Positions 11,143 through 22,640 are shown, numbered from the stretch's first letter. The stretch: DNA of 64,000 nt from Perkinsela sp. CCAP 1560/9 (GCA_965644495.1 CBFFSA010000005.1:62001-126000); one strand, 5' to 3'. Notes: a model not told the origin generated them from the letters alone. Numbers and translations: made by a program.

Positions 11143-11832
11143 ATGTGGAACTGGTTGCCTTGGAATTGGTTCCGCTCTTCACCCAATGTGGAGGATTCAC
11201 AACGAGAACACAAGCGCGTGCTTCGGAGATGTATCCGACAAATGGCTCAACAGGAGAACAAACTTCGTATAAAGGAGCGTAGGCTCAAAGCAGAGATCGA
11301 ACGACAGAATCAATCGGACACAACACCAGGGGCTCAAACGGCAGAGCTTGCCGCGATCCGCACCTTTATCGGGAAAATATCTCGTATTAACAAACAGTTG
11401 AATGTTTTGCTCATACGAATGGATATGGTGCAGTCCACACAAGCGATTACGGCAGCCCTCGGTGGCATATCTCAGGCGCTGTCAAACACAAACCGGAGCC
11501 TTCACTCAACCGAAACTCAAAAATCATTGCGTAATTTTGAGGAACAGGCGGCGTTACTGGGTATTAATGAAATGGCTCTTGCCGACGCGTTAAGCCTAGG
11601 GGCTGATGAGATGGCTGAAAACAGTACCGAAGAGGAGGGCAATCGATTACTGGAAGAATTGTCGGCGGAAGCTCGTCTGTCTTCTACGGCGAATATCTCC
11701 CAACCTGTAAGTAGCTCAGCAGGGTCTCCCACTCCAGAGACATCCTCCTCTTCTTTAGCCGATCTACGTGCACGTTTAGATTCCTTAAAAGGTCCTTTAA
11801 AGAGCCAACGTTGTGAGGCGAGACCAGTGTAG
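11143..11832 (+). CDS. SNF7/ESCRT-III family protein (Vps2-like)
   Basis: Basic coiled N-half, acidic C-half and a MIM1-like DLRARLDSLK tail. Confidence 0.75.
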   Translation: MWNWLPWNWFRSSPNVEDSQREHKRVLRRCIRQMAQQENKLRIKERRLKAEIERQNQSDTTPGAQTAELAAIRTFIGKISRINKQLNVLLIRMDMVQSTQAITAALGGISQALSNTNRSLHSTETQKSLRNFEEQAALLGINEMALADALSLGADEMAENSTEEEGNRLLEELSAEARLSSTANISQPVSSSAGSPTPETSSSSLADLRARLDSLKGPLKSQRCEARPV

Positions 11833-12070
11833 TCATGATTCAATCTCTTGGAATTGCCCCCCTTACACTGTACTGTATTCTATTTCATATTTGCCTTTCT
11901 ATAAGGAGTGAAGTTAGATTCTCGATCAAGACTTGATTTTCGTATGTCGATCGAATCCGTGTATTCCCGGTGTCACTTATCTCCTCCTTAACTCTACTCT
12001 ATTTTTTCTAGATTTTCTTTTTCTCTAATCTTTACTTCTACCCACACCCCTTTTTTTCTCCCCGTCGCCC

Positions 12071-12943
12071 ATGCTTCGCCGCACCTTCTCCAAAAGCATG
12101 GACCTTCTCATGCGGCAACTCGAGGGTCGTACCCCGCTGACCAAGGGTGACGTCACGGTGCGTTCCTACGCCGAGGAGTTTGGTCGCCCCGCGGTGAGCC
12201 CCACGCTCCATGCCAAGTACGGGTGGGCCGGGAAGTACGCCTCGGAGGAGTACGCCCAGATCAGCGACCTCGCGACCCGGGACGAGCTCCAACTCAACAC
12301 TTACCCCCAAGGTGACTCCAAGGGGCTCACGTTCAACATCCACGATGAGAGCACAATCACCACGAACTACTACGCCTCCTACGATGAGGAGTTCTTCCGG
12401 AAACACATTCTAAAGCCTCGACGGGCGGACCCGGACCGGGACCTGGTGTGTGACTTAGCCCTCAACGCCTCACTCACGGGGCTGTTCCTGTTGTGGGTAC
12501 GGTACCTGATTGCGCCGTTCTATTGGCTGGCCATGCCCCCGATGAAAGCAGTGAACCAGTCCAATATTGAGGTCGATATTGGGGTGCTGGATGAGAAGGA
12601 GTGCAAGACGGTGGTGTGGCGGGGGAAGCCGGTGTATGTGTACCACCGTACGGAGGAACAAATCCGGTTAATGGAGGAAACCCCGATGCGGGATTTAAAG
12701 CACCCGGAGAAGGACAGCGATCGGTTTCCGGTGAGGCCGGACCACACGGTGATGATTGCGATCTGCACCCACCTGGGGTGTATCCCGTTTGCGAATGAGG
12801 GGATCTACTCCGGATACTTTTGCCCTTGCCACGGGTCGCACTATGACATCAGTGGTCGGATTCGTATGGGACCCGCCCCGCTGAACCTGGAGGTGCCGCC
12901 GTACAAGTGGATCGACGACACCACGCTGTATATTGGATCCTAG
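12071..12943 (+). CDS. RISP: Rieske iron-sulfur protein of complex III
   Basis: CTHLGC, CPCHGSHYD, GPAPLNL and WRGKP; MLRR kinetoplastid-type presequence. Confidence 0.97.
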   Translation: MLRRTFSKSMDLLMRQLEGRTPLTKGDVTVRSYAEEFGRPAVSPTLHAKYGWAGKYASEEYAQISDLATRDELQLNTYPQGDSKGLTFNIHDESTITTNYYASYDEEFFRKHILKPRRADPDRDLVCDLALNASLTGLFLLWVRYLIAPFYWLAMPPMKAVNQSNIEVDIGVLDEKECKTVVWRGKPVYVYHRTEEQIRLMEETPMRDLKHPEKDSDRFPVRPDHTVMIAICTHLGCIPFANEGIYSGYFCPCHGSHYDISGRIRMGPAPLNLEVPPYKWIDDTTLYIGS

Positions 12944-13282
12944 GCCGTCGGCTGTGGTACTTCCCCTTTCTTTTTATTGAATAGTCGGAAAAGGTGGATA
13001 ACCCCAGAAAATTCTAAAAAACGAATTCTGATCCAACATTGAAAAATAAGTTTCACAATAAAATAACAAAAAAGAAAGAAGATGAGCCACAACTTTTTTA
13101 AACATCACATTGTGAATGTAAAGATCTGTAGCACGATTGATTTGTTTACTACCAAGTTCCCAATTAAGCTTTGCGCATACATGTAAGAAACATAAAACGA
13201 TTTACCTTATCAAGTAGACACCACTTCGCACAAAAAGATATTTCAGAAAAGCCCTTTTTTTGGAATTCTACACGAACTCTCT

Positions 13283-15031
13283 ATGCGTCGCTGGAACTAT
13301 GGGTTAAAACTGCCCTTCACGCCTCCTTCCCTTCCCCTATGGCGCCTGGGTTCCCTAGCGCGCTACTGCTCCGCGGCCGTCCAAGCCGCGAACGCGCTCA
13401 AACTCACCATCATCGACAACAGCGGCAAGCATTGCGACGTTTCCGACCCTAAACTTAACCTCCACAAGTACAGCGAACTTAACACCCTGGAGTCTAACTT
13501 CCCCATCCCTTCGTATTTAACGGACTCCCTCACCACCTCCGGGTTTGTGACCCCCACTACGATCCAGCGCCACGCGATCCCGATGATGCTTCAAGGCAGT
13601 GATCTCATCGGTCTCGCGCCCACCGGCACCGGCAAGACCCTGGCGTTTGCGGTTCCCGCGTTAATGCGCGTGGACCCGAGTGAGGCGTGCTGCCAGTGCT
13701 TGGTGATATGCCCCACCCGGGAGCTCGCCCAGCAAACCCACCAGGTGTTTGTGAAGCTCACCGCGGGGAGTGAGCTCAAGGTCGCGATGGCCCACGGAGG
13801 TAAGGGAAACTGGGAGTACCAGGCCCGACAGGCGAACAAAGCCCACGTGCTCATCGCCACCCCCGGTCGCCTGACCGATTTCGCGCGCGAGGGGGTGGTG
13901 CACTTCCGGAAGTGCGGATTCGTGGCCATGGACGAGGCCGACCGCCTCCTCGACATGGGCTTTGCCCCCCAGATCAGCGACATCATGACCTTCTTCAAAG
14001 AAAACCCCACCCGCCCGCAAACCCTCATGTGGTCCGCGACCTGGGACGAGAAAGTGCAAACCCTCGCGGACCGCTACATCTCCTCCAACTACCACATCGT
14101 CAGCACGGGCGCCCACGAGACCGGGCACAGCATCAACCCGCTCATCACCCAACGCTTCTACCTCCTCGGCGACGGCGACACCCCCCCGAGCCGTCTCCCC
14201 GCCCTCCTCCAGCTCTACGCCACCCGCACCCTCCTCCCCACCGACAAGGTGCTCGTCTTTGTCGAGCGCAAGTCCACCGCCACCGCGGTCCACGCCCAGC
14301 TCTCCCACCAGCTCAACCACGTGCTCGGGACCCCCCTCCCGCGGTCCTTCGCCGCGTGCATCCACGGCGACCGCCCCCAGCACGACCGCGACCGCGCCAT
14401 CCGCGACTTCCGCGGCCCCGACACCCACGTGCTCGTCGCCACCGACGTCGTCTCCCGCGGGCTCGACATCCCGAGCGTCGCCCACGTCGTGAACTTCGAG
14501 CTCGGCCGCCACTTCGAGTCCTACGTCCACCGCATCGGGCGCACCGGGCGGAACGGCCAGCGGGGGTACGCCCACACCCTGCTGAGTCGGGGGGAGGACT
14601 GCGGGGTGGGGGTGGCGCTGGAGCGGTTCCTGCAGGTCGCCGGGGTGGAGGTCCCGCCGGGGGTGGGGGAGATGGCGGAGAGGGGGAGGCGGATGGGCGC
14701 CGCGAGGAGGGGCGGGGGGAGGTATGGCGGCGGGGGTGGGGGAGGGGGTGGGGGTGGGGGGGGAAGGCGACCGGAGGGGTTTGGGGGAGGGGGAGGGGGT
14801 GGGGGTGGGGGAAGGCGACCGGAGGGGTTTGGGGGAGGGGGTGGGGGTGGGGGGTATAGGGGTGGTGGGGGAGGGTATGGAGGGGGACGGGGAGGGGGAG
14901 GGGGAGGGGGAGGGGGGTATCGTGGACGAGGTGGTGGGGGAGGGGATCGTGCAAGAGATCGTCATGGGGGGTCGGGGTATGGTGGAGGGGAGGGAGGACA
15001 GGGAAATCGGGGGTATGAGGTGGATTGGTAA
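13283..15031 (+). CDS. DEAD-box RNA helicase with Gly/Arg-rich tail, probably mitochondrial
   Basis: Q motif, [31 protein letters not shown] and HRIGRTGR; presequence-like N-terminus. Confidence 0.9.
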   Translation: MRRWNYGLKLPFTPPSLPLWRLGSLARYCSAAVQAANALKLTIIDNSGKHCDVSDPKLNLHKYSELNTLESNFPIPSYLTDSLTTSGFVTPTTIQRHAIPMMLQGSDLIGLAPTGTGKTLAFAVPALMRVDPSEACCQCLVICPTRELAQQTHQVFVKLTAGSELKVAMAHGGKGNWEYQARQANKAHVLIATPGRLTDFAREGVVHFRKCGFVAMDEADRLLDMGFAPQISDIMTFFKENPTRPQTLMWSATWDEKVQTLADRYISSNYHIVSTGAHETGHSINPLITQRFYLLGDGDTPPSRLPALLQLYATRTLLPTDKVLVFVERKSTATAVHAQLSHQLNHVLGTPLPRSFAACIHGDRPQHDRDRAIRDFRGPDTHVLVATDVVSRGLDIPSVAHVVNFELGRHFESYVHRIGRTGRNGQRGYAHTLLSRGEDCGVGVALERFLQVAGVEVPPGVGEMAERGRRMGAARRGGGRYGGGGGGGGGGGGGRRPEGFGGGGGGGGGGRRPEGFGGGGGGGGYRGGGGGYGGGRGGGGGGGGGYRGRGGGGGDRARDRHGGSGYGGGEGGQGNRGYEVDW

Positions 15032-15435
15032 AAGGGGGAGGGGCATGGGTGATGTGGGGGAGATTTCCCCGCGGGAAAAATGGGGTTGTGGGTGGTTTAA
15101 GGCATTCACCCCGTTCGGAGTGCGTGTCCTGTTTTGGATAAATTTTTGTTTCGTTGTTTTATCGAGACCGTTAACATGAATGGTCACATTAATTTTGTAA
15201 TGCAATGCACTCGCCTTTAGCTGAGAGATTTTTTTGAACTCTTGCTGCGGGGGTAGACAAAAAGCGATATAAAGGTATGATAAATTTTAAGGCATAAAAA
15301 ACGTTCCTAATTTTAATTATCAATACGAAATACAGTCCAATTCCAAAATTTGGCCGAAACTTTAGTCTAATTCTATTGCGTACCTCTTCGAATCATTCTT
15401 TTTGATCAACTTTTTTCGTAACCGGCTACAAAAAA

Positions 15436-16245
15436 ATGGGAAAAGCTTCAAAGGACAAGCGTGATATTTTTTACCGCAAGGCGAAGGAGGAGGGCTATCG
15501 TGCCCGCAGTGGATACAAGCTTCTGCAACTTCTCGAAGAGGTCCCTTTGCTGGATGGCGTCGCTCGAGCGGTGGATCTGTGCGGTGCCCCAGGAAGCTGG
15601 AGCCAAGTACTCGCGGACAGACTATCCAACAACTCTGAGGCTTTGATTGTTACTGTGGATTTACAGGAGACCGCGCCCATCCCCGGCGTTCACACCATCC
15701 AGGGCGATATCACGCGAGACTCCACCGCACGAGAGATCCTGGATTACTTTGAAGGTGTCCCGGCAGATTTGGTCATTTGCGACGGCGCCCCGGATGTCAC
15801 GGGACTGCACGAACTGGATGAGTATCTCCAGCATGAGCTACTCCTAAGTGCGGCGGAGATCACCGCGCGGCTGCTGAAGCCCGGGGGAGACTTTGTGGCG
15901 AAAATCTTTCGCGGTAAGAGTACCCCACTGGTTATATCCAAACTCCGTGTGCTGTTCCGACAGGTGTCCGTGATGAAGCCGCGGGCCTCCAGGACCAGCT
16001 CGATGGAGGCATTCGTGGTGGCCCGGGGGTTTTCACCCGCCCCCGAGTATCTCCCCTTTCTTCTGTCGAAGACAGACACAAAGGTCTACACGACGACACC
16101 ACTTCCCTATGTCCCCTTCCTACAGTGCGGCGACCTCAGTGGGTACGACGCCGAGGTGTCATATCCCACCGCGGAGGAGGCGGTGTCGTTAGACCCTATC
16201 CATCCACCCATTCCACTGAAAAGTGAGGCAGAGGGCGGGAGTTGA
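15436..16245 (+). CDS. TRM7: tRNA 2'-O-methyltransferase, FtsJ family
   Basis: MGKASKDKRDIFYRKAKEEGYRARS, DLCGAPGSWSQ and CDGAPDVTG. Confidence 0.93.
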   Translation: MGKASKDKRDIFYRKAKEEGYRARSGYKLLQLLEEVPLLDGVARAVDLCGAPGSWSQVLADRLSNNSEALIVTVDLQETAPIPGVHTIQGDITRDSTAREILDYFEGVPADLVICDGAPDVTGLHELDEYLQHELLLSAAEITARLLKPGGDFVAKIFRGKSTPLVISKLRVLFRQVSVMKPRASRTSSMEAFVVARGFSPAPEYLPFLLSKTDTKVYTTTPLPYVPFLQCGDLSGYDAEVSYPTAEEAVSLDPIHPPIPLKSEAEGGS

Positions 16246-16393
16246 ATGAATGGTTCCCATTTCATATGGTGCGTGTATCGTACTCAGACTTCAGATAAAA
16301 ACGTAAGGCTATGACACTACACGGCGTTGTCCATTTACATTTCTAAATAAAATAGGCAAAACGATTTTCACTACGCACACTCCTATTATTTTT

Positions 16394-16852
16394 ATGGCGG
16401 GGTCTCGTGATCGGCCTAGACAAGTGGATTCTCATCGTCCTCCTAAGCTATTTAAATCCTTTTCCAGCGGGGACAAAGCTAAAGGTTGGGATCCGCGTTT
16501 CGAAAGTGATTGCGGAACCTTGCAGCGCCATCATTTCCAGTCGTCGTACAAATTTTTGTTTGACAAACATCTTGAAGAACAACATAATCTGCAGGAGCAG
16601 TTAAAAGAACATCGCACGCGTTTGCGCAATATTAAACAATCAGCGAGAGAGTCTGATGCTCTCTCTAATATGGAATCACAAGAACAAGTTATAAACCAAA
16701 TTCGAGATTTGAAGAGCCAAATTGCAAAGTATAGGACCGACTTAAACCTCGAGAAAGGAATCCGAAATCGGAACAAAAGGAGAAAAGGAAAATCTCCCAC
16801 GACAGATGAAACAGGTAACAACGATGCAACAACCGTGCCTCGGAAATCTTGA
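16394..16852 (+). CDS. RRP36: rRNA biogenesis protein Rrp36-like
   Basis: DPRF...G......F..SYKFL followed by a coiled coil (DUF947 pattern). Confidence 0.65.
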   Translation: MAGSRDRPRQVDSHRPPKLFKSFSSGDKAKGWDPRFESDCGTLQRHHFQSSYKFLFDKHLEEQHNLQEQLKEHRTRLRNIKQSARESDALSNMESQEQVINQIRDLKSQIAKYRTDLNLEKGIRNRNKRRKGKSPTTDETGNNDATTVPRKS

Positions 16853-17079
16853 AATCTTGCCTTCAGCTATCCTTTTTGCGTCGCTTAGAAACGTTGCATT
16901 GCAAAGTACTTACTGGAGACGATGCGGAACACCGAGGGACACCGATCTCAATGGACCCACACCGAGGGACTCACCTCTACAGCACTAATCTATAAAAAGA
17001 ATTTGAACATTTATTCGGTATTCTTCCATAATTATTCACATTTAAATTCAGGGTTCGCAGAAACTATAAAACTATCAAT

Positions 17080-18000
17080 AATTTTCTTTTTTAGGCTCTT
17101 CGTTAAACGCGGTGGTTGCTTTCAACTTAGAAGTCACTCATGCTGCGCGCTTCGCGTTGAAAACTACCGCCGCATTTAACGAAGAGCCTAAAAAAGAAAA
17201 TTTAGCCTGGAAAACGGAAAGATTATAGCCAAAAATAGCCGAATTTCGGGTACAAATGGGGTCATTTTCGCATATTTTTGCTCTCAGAGCACTAAATCCG
17301 ACATTTGCGCGTGGGAAATCACTCGCAGGCATGAATGAAAGCCTACCGAACGTATTGGGTAGAGAATGCGACTCCAACCATACCATTCTTTCGACACAAA
17401 AATGCCCCTTTAGGTCCGAAAAATACTTTTTCACCTTTTTTAGTCAAAAATGGGTCATTTTGGGGGGCGCAGCACAGTTCGAAGAAGTGATACCTTGCAA
17501 AAGCAACTGCGGAGAAAGCTAGTGTAGGTCCCAAACTATCAAAATACAATAGGGGAAACCATTTTGGAAAAATATTTTTTTTGTCATTTTTTCGCCAAGT
17601 TGAATTTTTTTTCAAAAAATTTTTTCCGAAAAAATCCGAACTTGGCGGACCCGTCCTGCGGATACGCGGGGGGGTCACCCCCGGGTAGGGGGGTGGAAAA
17701 TGCGCGCCAAGACCCCGGCTACCCTTTCTGCAGTTTTTTTTCGAAAACTAATTTTTTCGAAAAAATTTGATCGACCATGCCCCCCCCCCCCTGGACCCCC
17801 CCCCTGGACCCCCCCCTGGACCCCCCCCATGGACCCCCCATTTTTTTCAATTTTTTTTTTCAGTTTTGGACCACCGGAGCCCCCTTTTATATTTTTTTCT
17901 TCTATTATATTACTGTGTTCCTCTTTATATTTTCACTGTTTTTGTTCACTTTTTTTTCAATAATCGAGTGTAGAGCGGTAGTTTTACAACCACCGCAATA
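17080..18000 (+). mobile_element. Hairpin-ended non-coding element, family B copy 1 (nested in the hAT element)
   Basis: ~120-nt left fold-back and 22-nt right hairpin; near-identical inverted copy at 37146-38037. Confidence 0.85.
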
Positions 18001-18610
18001 GTACTATATAGTTACTATAAACTTTTTTCGAAAACTATAAAAAACTATATTTTTTTGTTTCACATTTTAGGCACTCCGAAGCTCACCAACACGCCATAAA
18101 TACACGGCGAATTCATTTGTGTACGATTTTTCTTATTTTTAAACCCGAAAATTGATGCCCGAAATTAAAGTTACGAGAGGTAGTTTCTGCAAAGATTATT
18201 TTATTGAACTGCTGCACACGGAGGGAAGTAAACAAGCGGTTGAATGTAACTTGTGTCAGGAGGGGACGTACCCCAGTCCCATCGCGTGGCCTTGACAGAT
18301 TGCCTTGTGCGAATCTTGCGTCCCGAACATCTTCTCACTGCATCGCTGTCGCCGCGCTTTGGCTGGAGCCACCGACGTTATGTCTTGGGACTGAATAACT
18401 GCTGCTCACAATTCTATGAGTTTGAATAAATACAATCATATGAGTCTGAATAAATTACGCGGTGTGTTGTCGAGTGGAGAGTTTGTACTTCCTATCGTCA
18501 CTCCTTTCGCATGCGTTTCATTGCTATTTCTGAGGAGATGACACACAAGTTGATGATATTTTTCGGCGGTGATGGAATCACGGGGAAGAGGGAGCATGTT
18601 TCGATAGCTA

Positions 18611-18803
18611 TGTAACCCAGGATAAAGTGGACGAGGGAGGTTCTAAAAGCACCTTTAAACCACCACAAAAATAGAATGATATCTCCCGGTTTGTAAAGGA
18701 TTCCGACGTGCCAAAAGAATCTTTAAGGGACATACCCTTCCATTTTTATGGTGGTTTAAAGGTGCTTTTAGAACCTCCCTCGTCCACTTTAGCTTGGGTT
18801 ACA
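18611..18803. repeat. ~190-bp fold-back (MITE-like) with TGT...ACA ends
   Basis: ~60-bp arms (TAAAGTGGACGAGGGAGGTTCTAAAAGCACCTTTAAACCACCA and its reverse complement). Confidence 0.85.
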
Positions 18804-19142
18804 TTTTTTTTAGAATTTCTTGTCATATCATACGTATGTAAGCGTGTAAGAACGCATGTAGAGGCGTGTGTATGTCCTTCACAAGCGGAGAGGACTCAAA
18901 AAATATCACTTGTAAATTGAAAAAAACTTTATAGTTTTCTTATAGTTTTATAGTAAAATATAGTAAATATAGTACTATATAGTAACTATATTCAATGAAA
19001 AAAACTATATTTTACTATATTATAGTTTCTGCGAACCCTGTTTAAATTACTTACACATGGAAAGCCCAGATGGTGCGCGCCGCGGTGCCAAACTGGTACC
19101 GCCGCGGCGTGCGCTCACTGGGTAGGGGGACGAAAATATATA

Positions 19143-19474
19143 CTGTGCCCCCCCCTTTATACTTCGCTGGTCAGCCCCCCCCCTTTATACTTCATTTTTT
19201 GTGTGCACCCCGAAGGGGGGCCGATTTTTTAATTTATTTTTCGCAAATTTTCTAAAACCTTAGAAAAAAACGAGAACGTTCCCAGTCTTTCCTAGAAATG
19301 GAAAGTGATATAGAAGGAAAGACAGGAAAACTGGATGAGGCGCGCCGCGAAGCGGCGCGACCTTTTTTTGCACTTTTATCTACACTTTGTTTTACAGCGG
19401 GGAAAAAATTCCACCCCCCCCCTTTATACTTCGTTACTGATCAAAATGGGCAAAGTATAAAGGGGGGGACACAG
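19143..19474. mobile_element. Tc1/mariner-type MITE, family G (CCCCTTTATACTT repeats)
   Basis: TA|CTGTGCCCCCCCCTTTATACTT ... AAGTATAAAGGGGGGGACACAG|TA. Confidence 0.85.
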
Positions 19475-19569
19475 TAAATTAATATTTTGCACACAAACTT
19501 TATCTATTTTTATTACACATTAAATTTAGGTAAAGAATAACACAGATTTAATAATGAACACATCAGGCG

Positions 19570-20481
19570 ATGACTTTGAATCAGTATACAAAAATTGACC
19601 GTATTGGAGAGGGAGCCTATGGCGTTGTACATAAAGCCCGCGATCGAGAGACGGGCAACCTCGTCGCGCTGAAATGTATTCGACTAGAAAACGATGAGGA
19701 AGGAGTTCCGTGCACAGCGATACGAGAAATTAGTCTCCTGAAAGAACTGCGGCACCCCAATTTAGTACGACTCTACGAAGTCCTCCACAATGAACGAAAA
19801 CTCACACTTGTGTTTGAATATCTGGATATGGACTTGAGGAAATATTTAGATGAACAAAATGCCTCGCCTGTGCCTACATCCACGATTAAGCGCATGTCAC
19901 GTCAGTTGTTGGAGGGGATTGCCTATTGCCACAAACGATGTGTGCTACATAGAGACTTAAAACCTCAAAATTTGTTAATCAACAAGGCACAGGATCTAAG
20001 AATTGGAGATTTTGGACTGGGCAGAGCCTATGGCATCGCAGCTAAGAAATTCACGCACGAAGTGGTGACGCTATGGTATCGTGCTCCCGATGTGCTACTT
20101 GGCAATGGAAATTATGGACCCGCAGTGGATATGTGGTCCGCCGGCTGCATCATGCTCGAGATGATAACAGGTGAGCCTGTATTCCCGGGGCAGAACGATG
20201 CGGATCAGCTGCTTCGCATTTTCAAATTCCTCGGCGCTCCAAACGATACGTTGTGGCCAAGTATGCATGAGTATGCAAATTCAGAAAGGACTTTAGCCAA
20301 GCCAGAGTTTCGTAGAAACTATGCACCTGAATGTAAGCGCTTTTATGGGTCTTCCAAAGTACGGCGCATAGGTGCCGACGGAATAGATCTTATTCAAAAC
20401 TTATTGTTGTATGAGCCTTACCAAAGACTAACGGCCGAGGAAGCATTAGAGCATCCCTATTTTACACAAACCACTGATTGA
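19570..20481 (+). CDS. CRK1: Cdc2-related kinase with PCTAIRE motif
   Basis: GEGAYG, EGVPCTAIRE, HRDLKPQN, DFG and VVTLWYRAPD. PCTAIRE is the trypanosomatid CRK1 signature. Confidence 0.88.
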   Translation: MTLNQYTKIDRIGEGAYGVVHKARDRETGNLVALKCIRLENDEEGVPCTAIREISLLKELRHPNLVRLYEVLHNERKLTLVFEYLDMDLRKYLDEQNASPVPTSTIKRMSRQLLEGIAYCHKRCVLHRDLKPQNLLINKAQDLRIGDFGLGRAYGIAAKKFTHEVVTLWYRAPDVLLGNGNYGPAVDMWSAGCIMLEMITGEPVFPGQNDADQLLRIFKFLGAPNDTLWPSMHEYANSERTLAKPEFRRNYAPECKRFYGSSKVRRIGADGIDLIQNLLLYEPYQRLTAEEALEHPYFTQTTD

Positions 20482-20931
20482 GTATCAGGGAGTCTTTGTG
20501 TGGCAAGCCACAAATAGATTGTGAGCCACAGCCTGAGATTTATGCATGTAGGATAGTATGTACAGGTAAGTTTCGTTGTGTATACATACGTTGTGTATAT
20601 TGTAGGCGAAGCGATATATTCTATACCTCTACCTTTTTATCAAGAAATATTTTTGTTTACAAGATTTTTTTTGTTTTGTGAACCCAATGAGTTTGAATTC
20701 GCATAGGTTTACATTTTCATCAAAAATGAATGAAAGACGTGTACGTGGTCAAAATAATGTCTATTTTCAAGCCCTCAGGAGTAAAATATGGTTTCCTCAG
20801 TCATTACTTTTCAGAATAATAGTATCCATTTTTTTTTTAATATTTGTACCCTGAACTCATCACATCCCTCCCCTAAATCCTATACCACCCCACCATGCCT
20901 CTGTAACCCTCTATCCCCCCTCCCTCCCTCC

Positions 20932-22218
20932 ATGCTCTCCGCCTACTACACCCACCTCGCCCACCGCGCCCTCCTCCACGACCCCTCCTCCCCCCACGCC
21001 CTCCACCGTCTCCTCCTCCTCTCCTCCTTCGACGAGGCCGCGGCCCACACCCTCCTCTCCCACGGCCTCGCCCCCGATGTCCTCCACCTCCTCCGCGCCC
21101 CCTCCACGCCCCCCCCTCCCTCCCCCTCGACCCCAACCCGCGCCCTCCACTTCCTCGCCCACCACGCCTTCTACACCCGCGAGCTCGGGGACGCCCTCCT
21201 CGACCACCTCATCCCGCTCTGCCAGGCCCTCTCCCTGGCCCCCGCCCGCCCCCCCAAGGTCGCCGCCGCGGACGCCCTCCTCCATCTCGCCCGCGTCCAG
21301 CCCTACCGCTCCGCCCTCCTCCCCCACGCCGAGACCTTCCGGCACCTCCTCCAGACCCGCGACCCCTTCCACGAGCGCGCCGTCTGCGGCGCCCTCGCCT
21401 ACGCCTTCTGCGACGACCACCTCGGGGACGCCGTCGCGCGGCTGCAGTACAAAACCGACCTCGTGAATTACCTCAACCAGGTCTACGTGCGAACCCACGA
21501 CTTCGCGGCCTGGCGCTACGCCGTGCGCTGTCTCAGCCTCGCGGGGGGGTACAACGAGGACGTCGGGGACGTGGAGGGGACACGGGGGCTGGTGTGGGGG
21601 GTCCAGCGGGCTCTCCCCGAGTTTGTTCTGTTTTTCACGCTCACGTTGGGGTACGCCCGGGTACGCCACGTGCCGTGGAGGGATTGCTACCGGGTCCACG
21701 TGCCGCGGTGGGTGGGGTTTCGCCGCGCCCTGCTCGCGGGGGTCTATGCCGGGGGGCTCGGGGTGTACACCGGGAGCGCGACCGCGTGGCGGGTGGATGC
21801 GCTGCGGCAGGGGTTTGCGGCGCGCCGACAGAGGGAGGAGAGGCGGGTGAGGGGGGCGAGGGGGGCGGGGAGGGCACACACCCCGGACGATGCTGTCCAG
21901 GATCTTACGGAGATTACCCGGGCGGTGAGGAGGCGACAGGCGGTGGGGTATGGGGTGGGGGTGACGGGGTTGCTGGTGGCGATGTGCCCCGTGCGTCCGG
22001 TGGTGTGGCCGCGGTGGGCGGGGGATGTGAAGTGGCGGTATCCCTGGGGTCCGGTGTTGTTTCCGCTGCCGTTTGGGGTGCCGGCGCCGAGTAAGCGGCT
22101 GATTCCCTATGTGGTGGTGCCGTTTGTCGGCGTGAAGGTTTTGCAGAACACGGTGATGTTTCCGTGCTCGTTGGCGGATTATTTGGTCAGCACGCAGGGT
22201 TCGCAACAGATGGAGTAG
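20932..22218 (+). CDS. Hypothetical protein with helical-repeat-like N-half and TM-containing C-half
   Basis: Long ORF with third-position bias; start placed at the MLSAY ATG. Confidence 0.7.
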   Translation: MLSAYYTHLAHRALLHDPSSPHALHRLLLLSSFDEAAAHTLLSHGLAPDVLHLLRAPSTPPPPSPSTPTRALHFLAHHAFYTRELGDALLDHLIPLCQALSLAPARPPKVAAADALLHLARVQPYRSALLPHAETFRHLLQTRDPFHERAVCGALAYAFCDDHLGDAVARLQYKTDLVNYLNQVYVRTHDFAAWRYAVRCLSLAGGYNEDVGDVEGTRGLVWGVQRALPEFVLFFTLTLGYARVRHVPWRDCYRVHVPRWVGFRRALLAGVYAGGLGVYTGSATAWRVDALRQGFAARRQREERRVRGARGAGRAHTPDDAVQDLTEITRAVRRRQAVGYGVGVTGLLVAMCPVRPVVWPRWAGDVKWRYPWGPVLFPLPFGVPAPSKRLIPYVVVPFVGVKVLQNTVMFPCSLADYLVSTQGSQQME

Positions 22219-22514
22219 AGCGGGGACGTGGTGGAGAGCATATTTGATCGTGGGAATGATGCAGGAAACAGAGTAGGGGTGTAAAACGATTTGGGTAACC
22301 GGCACTATAAATGTAGGTTAAAATCCATTTTTTTCTGATGATTTTTTTCCGCTCAAAAACACTTTTACGTGACTTTTTAAAACGTTTCCACTCATACTCA
22401 TGACGTTCCAACTTATATTTCAATGCTTGGAATACTCAATGGACCGCCCAGGATATGCTACATTGGTCTACTACATTGGTCTACTTGGTATTGGTGACCT
22501 GTAAAAAGGATAAG

Positions 22515-22640
22515 GTGCGCTCCCAGGCGCTCCCAGACACTCCCATCCAGTTTGAACCCTCTTGGAAGCCACCACGGCTACCCCCTTCGCGTTGAGAACT
22601 GCTTCCGCGTTTAATGAAGAGACTAAAAAGGAGAAAATTG
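22515..22640 (+). repeat. Decayed fragments of the Harbinger-like end and the family B hairpin arm
   Basis: GCGCTCCCAGGCGCTCCCAGAC resembles 38170-38200. CTTCGCGTTGAGAACT..CCGCGTTTAATGAAGAG resembles 17149-17190. Confidence 0.6.

Larger units (their letters stand above)
17049..19040. mobile_element. Non-autonomous hAT DNA transposon
   Basis: Perfect TIR CAGGGTTCGCAGAAACTATA at both ends; 8-bp TSD TTTAAATT (17041-17048 and 19041-19048); ACTATA subterminal repeats. Confidence 0.92.

Noticed and set aside
13661-15205. Long antisense and alternative-frame ORFs over GC-skewed genes (also 6675-7583, 20911-22305, 32276-33067)
   Set aside because: These are shadow ORFs caused by stop-codon scarcity in GC-rich skewed sequence; the products are low complexity.
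10227-20481. Functional clustering of the cyclin and CRK1
   Set aside because: They are separated by unrelated genes, and kinetoplastid polycistrons are not functionally organised.
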